Source of the DNA: Callorhinchus milii
Lineage: Eukaryota
Direction: 5' to 3'
Assembly: GCF_018977255.1 (NCBI RefSeq)
Contig: NW_024704761.1
Coordinates: 5,146,001 to 5,210,000, forward strand
Length of the DNA stretch: 64,000 nt
Under the pieces are notes generated by a model. That model did not search any database, was not told where the DNA came from, and saw only the letters and a list, made by a program, of their open reading frames with translations. The translations under genes were made by a program, and so were the position numbers. Below are positions 39,770 to 50,048 of this stretch, one piece after another (the stretch's first letter is position 1; each line of letters starts with the position of its first letter).

Positions 39770-40265
39770 GAAGAGTCATTGGCGCTGGCTTTGAATTTGT
39801 ACGTGGAAAATATCCATTAATTGCTCAGTTCTAATGAGAAAAAAAAAGGGCCGCTAATGAAAACTGAACTAATCCTGATTAAATGCAAAGTAGCTGTTAA
39901 ATCAAACCGTGCGGGATATTGAGACGTAACCTTTTGCGATCTGATCCAAGTATTCAGAAAATTAATTGTTAATATTGGGCTGTGCTGAAATTATTACCAT
40001 TGTAATATGTTAAGTTTGCAATAATTAATAATCGCTGGCAACCACGCGAGTCGGCAATTTATGCTTGGCATATCGTGTGTGGTTTGGCTGTTTGGATATG
40101 ATTTAAGTCCCGACGCTTGCCGACTGCGGATTTTCACTGCGATGTTTCAGTGCAATTTGAGGAGCTTTTACTACAAAAGGAGAGGTAAATCACGACCGCC
40201 AGCCTCTGCTCTTTTCCTTGCGAGCCCCGAAAAGCCGGGCGCAAAATATCTGATAAAGGCTTAAG
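39770..40265. promoter_or_regulatory. Candidate conserved non-coding element (homeodomain-site cluster)
   Basis: About 500 bp repeat-free with many TAAT/ATTA cores, TGATTTAA, and GTAAATCA (reverse TGATTTAC, 40185-40192). Confidence 0.42.
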
Positions 40266-41325
40266 ATCACCGCCGCCTTCCCCCCCCCAACCCGAAAAAA
40301 AAAGCACGTGTGGGGTGGGGAAGAGCATAATAAATACTGTAAATTTCTGATAACTCAACGCTTCAAGGGAAAAGGGCTCAGTGACGAGTTAGCCATATGT
40401 GTAAGTACCTAAATAAATGTGCCCGGAATATTGACAGTGCAACTTAAGTGGTCGTGACGAGTTAAGCAGGTGTTGAGATATGCAGTCCGCCTACAGAAAC
40501 GCAGTCACTACAGTTGACAGCAATTACCTGTTAGGTTCTTTGAGACATTTTGTCATGATAAGACACGATATTAAATCCAAGGACTATTTTTTATTAAGTT
40601 CCAGGATACTGAGGATATAAAGTTTGACTGAGTCAGCTTCATCGTAAAATAGGAGACAGATGGTTGATTAAAGGAAGGTCAATTTCTCAGCGGTCTAATC
40701 AATTGAGAGAGAGCGAGAGAGGGATATTCTTCAAGTGGTGGATCGTTCGTTGGAATCTGCAATGCAATTAGATACACTCAGGCACTAACACAGCCCCCTG
40801 CTGTAAGAGCTTGTTCAGTACAGGAAGATGGAATGGAAACCTCCCATTTTGTGCTCCAGGTATCTGAAGGTCTTCTGTTCTGCAGCGCATTTCATAGCTA
40901 TTGTCATCACTGTGTTGCCACGTGAATTGAGCATTGTTACATGAGAAAAGTCGGGGATAAGTAAATGCTATTCAGCCCATTGTGGCTCGTCAATCAATTA
41001 CAAATAGAACAAGCTCTCAAGTGATCGACCGATGTTGGAGAGCGTTGATAGCGTGGGAGAAAATTGAACATGGGTGAGAAGTGGAGCGAGAGAGAGAGAG
41101 AGAGAGAAAGTGAGCAAAGTAGCAAGAAGGAGAGCAAGAGAAAGTACAAGGGAGTGAGAAGGACTGCAAAGGATGAGAGAGAGGGAGAGGGAGAGGGAGA
41201 AAGAGAGAGGGAGAGACAGGGAGTAAGACCAGGTAAGTAAGAGTACGACCTTTTATAAAACAATTATACTTCAGTAACAATGTGAAGAAAACAACAAAGG
41301 CTGTGACAATGATGAGACGAGACAA

Positions 41326-41354
41326 GATAATAATAATAATAATAATAATAATAA
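41326..41354. repeat. (TAA)n microsatellite expanded from a SINE tail
   Basis: (taa)9 directly abuts tccttgcacttgatat, the reverse-complemented SINE end. Confidence 0.9.
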
Positions 41355-41679
41355 TCCTTGCACTTGATATATCACTTTGTTGAGACATCACAAAGAATAA
41401 TCTGTAAAGCGAATCGACTGAGTATTTTGTGTTGCAGTTCCTGCTGCGGTGAGCGCTACTGCACAGCACACACGTGGGACACTGAGGGACAGTTCGAAGT
41501 TCCAAGTCATCAGCTTCAAACGCCAAGCGCAGGCTGATGCAGGAATCATCACAAAACAAAAGGCACACAAACAAAAACCAACAATAACTGAAATATTACA
41601 CCAGTTCTGATGGCCTAAGGTGCCACAATCAATGTCTACTCTATTCATCCGGAAGAAAGCCAGTGGAAATAAAAACAAT

Positions 41680-41975
41680 GCTAATCCTTGCAACTGACAC
41701 AGCGCCTTATCACGCCGTTGAGAGGTCTCAAAGCGCTTCGCGGAATATACTCTGAACCGAATTAACTGTACATTTTGTGGGGAAAACGCGACAGCCAATT
41801 GCGCCAATCTCCTTCTTGCTACTTTGCTCACTCTTTCTCTCTCTCTCCCAAACAGTCGTGAATTGAGTGACCAAATTGTTTTAAAATTATTGCGGAGGGA
41901 TTATTAGCCACAGAAAGCAATCAGCCAAATGACTAACAACCAGTTTCCAACTTACTGCTAGGTAAACAGAGGCGT
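41680..41975 (-). mobile_element. tRNA-derived SINE, long subfamily fragment
   Basis: Tail, body and central block, interrupted by a CT-rich insert. A second central-block fragment lies at 42245-42322. Confidence 0.78.
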
Positions 41976-42334
41976 CTATTTTAAAATCAGATTCCTGGGA
42001 AGCTGACGTGAAAATGCCAGTGACTTCCAAACTGACTTTACACCACTGTCTGGAGGGCCAACAATGTTCATTAATCTTTCTCAGCTGAAAAGCTGTGACA
42101 ATGGTTATAAATAGAATAAGACGTAGCTGTATGGCATGATAAATGTCTCCTTCCGCCTGTGTGCGGGGAGATTTTAAACAATACTTGCCCGCTGAGTGGA
42201 GGTGGTGATCACACAACATTTTATGATGCCATTCGTTGCTTTGGAAGGATTACACCCAGAAAGCAATCAGCTAATCGACTAACAACCGGGTTTCGATTTA
42301 CTGCTCGGTAAACAGAGGCATTTATTTTAATTTC

Positions 42335-42555
42335 ACATTCCCTTCACCTCGCTCCCTCCCCTGCCTCCTTCAAGGCACGTCTCAAGACCCTCTTCTTCGA
42401 CCGTGCCTTTGGTCAACCTCCCACAGTCCCTTGCCCTCCACCCTCCCTTACCCCAACCCCACTCCCCTGCTCGGGTGCAAATCCGTGACTGTCCAGTGCC
42501 TTGGGACGTCCTCCCGACGTGAAAGACGCTGTACAAACGCAATTTTGTACTGTCT
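42335..42555 (+). mobile_element. L2 LINE 3' end
   Basis: Same FKARLKTLFFDRAF end, C-rich tract and tail gccttgggacgtcctcccgacgtgaaagacgct as the copy at 20550-20790. Confidence 0.82.
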
Positions 42556-43299
42556 TGTGTTGCTTCAAACTGGACTTGTCAAGTTTTGTACCGGCTGAGG
42601 TGAAAATGTACCAATTAAGCCTCGTGTTTGACAACATCGAAAAGTCTCAAAGCAAACTGCTGTCAATGTGGAGGATCTGCAAGTCTGTCGGGCGAAGGCA
42701 GCGGCCGATTTGTCCACAACCACGTCTCCCCTTCAACAAAGATACTTTAAAACCAAAAGCCTTTAGCATACTAGTGAGAACATGGGGTGACACAGCTCAG
42801 TCACTGCCATAACGCATCACATTACTGCCTGCTGCAGAAACCCACACTCCAACCCAAAGCGAGCGAAAGGCAGCAATCAACAGATCACGAGAACCATTAG
42901 CTTTCAGCAACAACATTTACATATTTCGCCGTATGGAACACACAAAATACAAACAACGAGGAGCAATTAGAGCTTTTACAGCGAGTGCCTTTTTAAAAAC
43001 TGAATTCCATCTCTGCAATCCATGCTTCTTGTGTTTAAAAAGCTCTCAGACAGCAATCAAGAAACAATGACACTGATTCATACAGCAGAATCCATTTTAA
43101 TCCGTTACCCCCCCCCCCCCCCACCGGTCCACAGCCGGATATTGAACTGGAAGAGAATAAAATATTGGCACTTCTGCATTTTTTAAGAGCTGGAGATGGA
43201 CCTTTTGGAGCTTTGCAGTGGATGTTCTTTTTTTCACCTTTCTTTTCACAAAAAAATCTGCAGGAACTAATTTTTCCTGAGAGCTCAGTGCTGAGCTGA

Positions 43300-43532
43300 G
43301 TGCCCCACAAACAGTCGGGGATCGAGTGACCCAATTTTTTTTTAAAAAGGGACCATTACTCCCGAAAAAGTGATCCGCCAATCGACTAACAAGCCAGGTT
43401 CCTACTTATCGCTACATAAACAGAGGCGTGTGGAGTAAGGAAAGTTGCCGTATGTTTCGTCCTGCCCAGGAATCGAACCCAGGTCCTCTCGCTTGCGAGG
43501 CGAGTGCTCTAACCACTAAGCTCCAGGATTCC
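43300..43532 (-). mobile_element. tRNA-derived SINE, long subfamily, 5' half
   Basis: tRNA head (plus strand gaatcgaacccaggtcctctcgcttgcgaggcgagtgctctaaccactaagctccaggattcc) plus the central block. Confidence 0.85.
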
Positions 43533-43587
43533 ATTTTGAAGTTAGTGTGCACTGGAATTCATTTACGCAGCTTGGAACGAACTCGTA

Positions 43588-43860
43588 CTAATAATCCTTG
43601 CATTTGGCTCTGGGTCTATAAGACCAAAGTGCTTTGCAGGGAATTGCTGTCAAAGAGTAGTGACTGTGTATTGTGTACTGAAACGCGGCAGCCAATTTGC
43701 ACGCACCAATGTCCCAATTGCTGTGTTTAAAGTCTCATCCGAAGGACAATGCAGCATTTCTTCAGCACTACACAGGAGCTCTGAGCTCATGTTTGACGTG
43801 GGAATTGAGACCAAAATCCTTTGAACCAGAGACATGAGTGGTGACTGACTGAGCCAACCT
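43588..43860 (-). mobile_element. Deu-domain SINE, internally deleted
   Basis: Tail joined to tttaaagtctcatccgaaggac and a degenerate head. Confidence 0.65.
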
Positions 43861-46642
43861 TTAAAATCAGTGATGGGATCATCGGGTGAGGGATAAAGGC
43901 AGTAAATAGAGTATATTTTGCAGTATTTGCTGATGTTTTGCTCGGTCTCCAATATAGTTCCTGCTGACCACAATTATTGTCTGACAACTATTGATATTTA
44001 ACACAGAGAAAGGCTAGAGGCTACATCAATGGTGAGGAAGTTCAGCTCTGTTGCCCCTGACTTAACCAGAAACACTAACACGCTCATGTCAGAAGCCACT
44101 GGCCACTCTCCCAGAAAGATGTGCGTGCAGCAGAGCTGTGAAAAGCCTGAAAGCAGCAATAGAACTAATTTATTACAATGACCCGGGGCAGGACAGCGAA
44201 GGGGGACATGCTGAGAGAGACTGTGGTGGGTTTGGGGGCGGTGGGATGACGCAATGGAAAAGCCTCACTGCGAGAGGTCAGTGTGAAGCAGAGGGCAAGG
44301 GGCAGCGTGCGAGGGGGTGGGGGTGGGGGGGAGAAGCAGGGAGAGAGCGAGGGTACGGCGGGGAAACGGTCATCGGCGGAAGCCGGGTTGGTTCATCGCA
44401 CAGAAGATTCTTGAGCCGGAGGGGACAGGACACGTTTGATAAGGAATTTCCAGAGGCAACAGCAACTGGAAGATAAAGGTCCCAGTGCCGGACTTCAACA
44501 ACAACAACAACTTGCGTTTATATAGCGCCCCTCGCGCAGGGTAGCGTCTCAGAGCGCCTGGACTGGCCAAAGGGGTTGTGGACGGTGCAGGGAGTTCCAG
44601 TGTATGTAGGTGGCTTTCCATCTGGCAAAGTCCACTTGCAAGCGGTCCGCTGAATGAAGCAACCCGTCCGGTCTTTTCAACAGAGAGCGAGCTCGGGTGC
44701 GTCTGTGCAAGTTGCCGATTGATTTCAGGCCAGCTGTTAACTGGAAAGATTCATTGTCGTGAAACAACGGACATGAAACTGAGCTGCCTCATTACACGGT
44801 CTCCTCGGCCACTGGGAGTCGCAAAACTAATAGAATCGATGGCAAAGACAAGGCAACAGCGTGCCCCCATGAAACCGCGCACAATTTCTCTTTTGCAAAC
44901 CGTGTTGAGCACTGCGCTCCATCTCTGCGGGGAAGAGCAGAGAGCTTGCATCTGTTCGAGACACTAAACAGCTCGAACATCTGCGGCGGATCTGACACGG
45001 AGCGCGGGGGAAAGCTCCTCTTTGCGCATTAACGTCAACTGGGGCTGCGCTGCCGTTTTTAACTTGCTCTGTCAATCAGCAGCAATAGCAAATGGACGTG
45101 AAGTGGGGCTCGACAGCGCAGCGGGTTCATAACCGGGAGAGAGGCACGCTTTCCCTCTCGAACCAGCCGTTCGTCGGCCTAATTTGACGACGGAATGAAA
45201 TTGACTGTCGGTTAAAAACAACCCCCCCCCCCACCCAAAAAAAAACCTTCCCGTCTCCAGTGCATTCGTGAGGCCCAGCATTTTTTACCGAAGTGATACG
45301 AACCCGTGCATTTGATGTGGCGCCTACGACATCCCCCAAGCCACCCCCCCCCACCTCCCCTCCCCTGACTGATCAGCTTGAAGAACATAGTGTCCAGAAT
45401 GTGCGTGCTGAGCCTGCTCTCTGATTGAAACACTTGGCAAGGCCGTGGCTTGAATGCAGACCAAGACCACGTTGACTCCTCGTACTGGGGATAAACCCAC
45501 TCCAGGAGGCTCCTCGCTGTTCTGCCAACAAATAGCATCACATCCCATTTACGCTCTTGAATCATGTTGTGCAGGAAATTGGATTGATCCTGCAGAAAAG
45601 GGGGGTCAAGTGGTGGCAGGACTTGATAAAAATAATAATAATGGCGTTTGATATAGCGCCTGATCACGTCTTCGAGACGTTCTCAAAGCGCTTCACAGAA
45701 TATACTGCAAAGTGAATTGACTGCGTATTTTAATGAACCTTTCTACGAGCCCAAGCCTTTGCCCTCCCCAACTTTCCAGCATTAGGGTGAGCAGTGTGCG
45801 TCCCTTAGGGAGAGAGTGTTATACCCTCTCCACGCCAGACAAACGGAAATTTCCAATGCTTGAGTGGAAAGCTCTGTGGTTCAGTTTGCATACTCTTAAG
45901 CATGGCTTGTGTGTGTGTGTGCGTGTGTCTTTGTGTTTGTAAAGATATTTTGAATCACCAAAATAAAAAGCTGGTCGACTGGTCTCAACCTGCCTGCCTT
46001 TAGCTCATTAACTCGAACTTGAAGGAGTAACTAAGTCGGTGCTTCTTCCACAAAAGACTTGCGATGATTCTGCAAGTAACCCTCTGAACCCAGCTAAAGT
46101 AGCGACAAGTGTACTGGTGGGTCGTACGAATAAAGCAGGCAGCTCCATCACTGAACGGTAACAACCTCCTCACTGTCGTCGGTTTCAATTTATTAAGTCT
46201 CCTGTGAACAACACTTTTTTTTTGCCTGTAATAAACGTGCCTCTCCAAAACCAGTGTGTTCGATGCTACTGTACAATGGAGCGAAGCAGAACTGCACTGT
46301 CTTGATTGCAAATAACGAGATCCTAGGTGGCCAGTAAATTGGTGCCTTGACTGGCCTCGTGAAGTGCCACTTTATCTGCGCTCCAACCTTCCTCCTGCCC
46401 TTGAAATGCAACCAGATGAAATTGCTCCCATAAAGCCTTACTGGTTCTGAAGTGTTGTCAAAATGATAAGGGCCAGCACTTTGTTATCCCGCCCAACGTT
46501 GCTCCTTATGTGGGCCTTCAGCTTCGACGAGACTGAGATTTTGAGTTAGAAAGTACTACTTGTGCGGCTGGGAGAAGATTGAACATCACATGCCCGGCCT
46601 TGAGCCGCCAGTGAGTGACCCACGACAAGCTTCGTCACACGA

Positions 46643-46894
46643 AGGGGTTGCAATACCTGGATTCCCGATCCTGGGATCCCAAAGGGTAATGGTGCTCCTG
46701 AAATCCTGGGATTCTTTGAAGAGAATCCTGGGATGTTGGGAATGTATAAAGGCCGAGCCGGGGGGACTGGCTGGTGTTTAAACGCTGGTGCGGAGAACAG
46801 CCCCAGGCGTTCCGGGACAAGGTAAGATTCGGGATCCCGGGATTCGGGGCATTAAAATCCCAGGATTCCGAAAGATCACCGGATTGCAACCGGA
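46643..46894. mobile_element. Non-autonomous DNA transposon (hAT-like MITE)
   Basis: Terminal inverted repeats GGTTGCAAT (46646-46654) / ATTGCAACC (46883-46891), with multiple subterminal (AT)CCYGGGAT motifs at both ends. No clear TSD. Confidence 0.65.
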
Positions 46895-47261
46895 TGTGCA
46901 CAGTCCTTCGTTTGCAGATCGAAAATTTTCAGGTGGTTTTTTGACCCGACAGAAGGATTTCACACCCTGTGTTTTTATTGCACCGACTCTGTGTGCGCAG
47001 TTGAGAGCCTGATACCTGCAGCAATTGGGACTTGCGCTTTGTACACTTGCGTGGATGTGCGTCTAACTGTGTACTTACTGCTTAAGGTCTCGCTCTTGGT
47101 CGTGAAATTACAAACGTGCTCGGACGCCCGAACTAACCGTTTCCTCTGCCATTGTTTCTCACGTGAAACCCGATGCGGTTAAGGGGACAGGCGGACAGTG
47201 GGTGTCTCACTGTGTTGACAACTTCGGCCCCAGCTCTGTCGAGGAATGTGGTGGGTCTTAC

Positions 47262-47429
47262 CTGGGACATTGTGGATGGTGATAGCTAGAATAAGCAGCA
47301 GGATGCGCTTCCAGCTATTGTGTTGCTGTTCGGGGCTGAGCTTTGGACTGTGGACTGAGGGCAAATCCTCCAAGTAGCTGGGCTGCTGTCCTCTTTTTCT
47401 CTGGTACACGTCCCCATTTTCTAGCTTGT
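47262..47429 (-). CDS. SLC39A11: Internal coding exon (168 nt, phase 1-1) of zinc transporter ZIP11: cytoplasmic loop and TM4
   Basis: Minus strand reads ttctttcag|AC AAG CTA GAA...CAC AAT GTC CCA G|gtaaga, with canonical acceptor and donor. Translation (D)KLENGDVYQRKRGQQPSYLEDLPSVHSPKLSPEQQHNSWKRILLLILAITIHNVP matches the recalled vertebrate ZIP11 segment DKxENG...SWRRIxLLILAITIHNVP. Confidence 0.95.
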
Positions 47430-48679
47430 CTGAAAGAACAAAGAACAATCGGTAAGAAGGGTGGGAAAAAAAATCTGCTCGGGACAGAATAAAATTCGGT
47501 CGACGGGCGTGGGGGAATTGCTCATTTTCTACGTCGCCTTCACTGGGCGGCAAACCATCGCTTAAGTTTCTTTTAAGGGAATGGAACTGAATCGAGCTCA
47601 TTTAGAAGGGGCAGTCCAGCCACAACAATTGACCTAAAAAGAGTTACCAGTTCCCTGAAGCTCAGACGTACAGATTTATTACAGCCTTTGGCTCATTGTG
47701 AGCCCAGGGTCTATCAGTTTCAGAGCCTGCACGTCCACTGTGCACCCCCCTCACTCCTGCCCCTCCTCACAGAACTCTAGAAAGCAATCCACAATCAACG
47801 TTCCTCCTCTTTCTTGCTGCCCGTGACACTGTGACCGATCTGAATTTGAAGCCCCCACTGAAGGCGAGACACACACAAACTGACGAGATAATAATAGTCC
47901 TTGCATTTGATACAGCGCCTTATCACGTCTTCGAGGCGTTTCAAAGCACTTCACAGAATATAGCATAAAGTGAATTGACTGTATATTTTGTGGGCGAAAC
48001 GCAGCAGCTAATTGTGCACAGCAGCGTCCCCACATTGCTCAGAAACAACAGAGATTGGGACGGGTGTCTCGGTCACGAATTGCCTCTGGAGCCCTGAGCA
48101 GATTCATGGAGAACGAGCGTTTTTTTTATTTAAAAAATGGCGGGCTGCTCCGAGCATCTCCTTAAAAGGGCAAAATCTTCCATCAGTGAGTTCCACATGC
48201 TCACCATCCTGTGCGTAATAGAAGTTCTGCCATAAAACTCCCTTTCAGACCAGTTCGTGGCTGTCTTACAGTTACACCTCGTGCTCGTGTGTGAAAGATC
48301 TTCTGCACTCCCATCAACTCTTCCAGTCACACTCCTCACTGAGCGCGGTAACCAGCCAACACAATGCGACGAGAGACACTGAGCATGAACCTTGGTCCAC
48401 CACCTCCTGTTCTACTTAATAACAAGATCTGCATTACCACAGGTTGGGACTTCAAAGTAAAATCTCAAAGTAAAATCACACCCTGGCATACGGGAGCTTG
48501 AGTGTGAGGTGCCGAGGCCACTTGAGATTTACTTTGAAGACTGGAAGTTCATTAAAATTCACTTGTGAGTGAGCCAGGATTTTGCAATTGAAACGGAGGT
48601 GATTCATTTGCAGTATTCCATCCCGTGTGTTATGGCCCTGCAAGCTTACATTTCAGCTTTAGCATGGCGCATGATTTAA

Positions 48680-48840
48680 AACAACAACAACGGCTTGCAC
48701 GAACATAGCGCCCTTTGCGCAGAGTAGCATCTCGACAGTAGCGGAGCCTGGCTCTGAGCCAGGTGGGGAGGGGGGGGCGGGTGGGGGGGATGGGGGAGGT
48801 GGTCGTAAACACAGTCGAAGAGGAAGGTTTTCCAGCAGGA
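48680..48840 (-). mobile_element. L2-type 3' end with (TTG)n tail
   Basis: Minus strand: aaaaccttcctcttcgactgtgttt, C-rich tract, gatgctactctgcgcaaagggcgctatg...caagccgttgttgttg. The same tail type occurs at ~30720(-), 44497(-), 49800(+), 20470(+) and 36420(+). Confidence 0.7.
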
Positions 48841-49292
48841 CTATTTAGCCTGTTGACCTGCAATCTCCACCATTAATCATCCCGTAATGAAAAGCTCCAG
48901 AACACGTTAATAACCTATTTACAGAGCACAACAATAACCGGATTTGTCATCTCATTTCCGCCCTGTTGATGCCAAAGGTTTTTTTTNCCTTCTTCCCCCT
49001 CCCTCTTCCTCTGCCCCCCAGTGAATTGCCTGTCAGCTCTCTTTGGTGATTGAAAGTTCTCTTGTAATGAGCAAAAAGAGAAGTTGTAACCCACTGAGAC
49101 ACAAGCGCATTTATAATAAAATATAAAGGTTAAAATCTTTTTCCCAGCAACAGAAAGGTGGATCAGCCGTGTGTCCCGTCTTGGGAATGGCTTTGGTTGC
49201 TGTTGGATTGGTGTCCATTCCCGGTCGAACTGTCCGAATCGCACATCAGTGAATGGAGCCACCACATGGCACAAGTCCAGAGCCTTGTGTTC

Positions 49293-49613
49293 ATAATAAT
49301 AATAATCCTTGCATTTGATATAGTGCTTTTCACGTCGGGAGGACATCCCAAAGCGCTTCACAGAATAACTGTAAAGTGAATTGACTGTATATTTGTGGGC
49401 GAAACGCGGCAGCCAATTGTGCACAGCAATGTCCCACAAACAGTCGTAGATTGAAAATGACCAATTTATTATTGTTTTTGCTTTTTGGAGGGATTATTAT
49501 TAGGCTCTGTGTGGAGTAAGGAAACTTGCCCAAGGTTTCGCCCTCTGGCTGGAATTGAACTCAGGTCTCTCGCTTGCAAAGCGAGTGCTCTAACCACTGA
49601 GCTACAGGACTCC
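49293..49613 (-). mobile_element. Full-length tRNA-Ala-derived SINE, short subfamily
   Basis: Head GGAGTCCTGTAGCTCAGTGGTTAGAGCACTCGCTTTGCAAGCGAGAGACCTGAGTTCAATTCC contains an A box, TGC loop and B box. The body ends in an L2-like tail GCAAGG(ATT)n. Confidence 0.9.
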
Positions 49614-50008
49614 ACATCGCACTTAGAGCTCCTGCTAAACAGCGAGGGTGGTCCGAGCTGGACGAAGCCTGCCAGGCAGCGCTTGCGTTGGCAAGCTGCA
49701 CGGTTTTAGCTGGTTCAACTCCATCAGTTGCCCCGGTATCTTCTCCTAATTTTTATTACTTCTGTAATTCTTTAGTTGTCAAGACTCCGCCACTGTGAAG
49801 CACTCCAGGATGCTACCCCACATGAAGGGCGCTATATAAATGCAAGTTGTTGTTGCTATAATCCTTGCATTTGATATAGCAACTTATCACGTCTTCAAAA
49901 CATCTCAAAGCGCTTCACAGCATATATTGCGAAGTGGATTGACTGTACATTTTGTGCAGCTACTTCTATTCAAAATGCCCCCACGTACACTGCAACGCAT
50001 TGTTTCAT

Positions 50009-50048
50009 GTTGCCATGGGTAACAGACGGATGTGTAAGATTGATTTAT
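50009..50048. promoter_or_regulatory. Candidate enhancer core: RFX X-box plus PBX-HOX site
   Basis: GTTGCCATGGGTAAC (50009-50023) fits the X-box consensus GTNRCC(N0-3)RGYAAC. TGATTTAT lies at 50041-50048, in repeat-free AT-rich sequence. Confidence 0.45.

Larger units (their letters stand above)
21582..47261 (-). other. SLC39A11: GT-AG intron (~25.7 kb) between the two SLC39A11 exons
   Basis: Donor gtaaga at 47261 and acceptor tttcag at 21582. The two exons encode directly consecutive ZIP11 residues (HNVP / EGLAVG). Confidence 0.88.

Noticed and set aside
41017-41574. 185-aa ORF with poly-Ile and Leu/Ser runs that looks membrane-like
   Set aside because: It is a translation of a SINE tail, (ATT)n and CT-rich low-complexity DNA.
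48915-49439. 174-aa ORF
   Set aside because: The N-terminal part is SINE sequence (the recurrent YIKCKDYY peptide seen in many ORFs here), and it spans an N.
49540-49613. Apparent tRNA-Ala(TGC) genes (also 25776, 43460, 61920)
   Set aside because: No acceptor stem or terminator. They continue into SINE bodies, so they are SINE heads, not tRNA genes.
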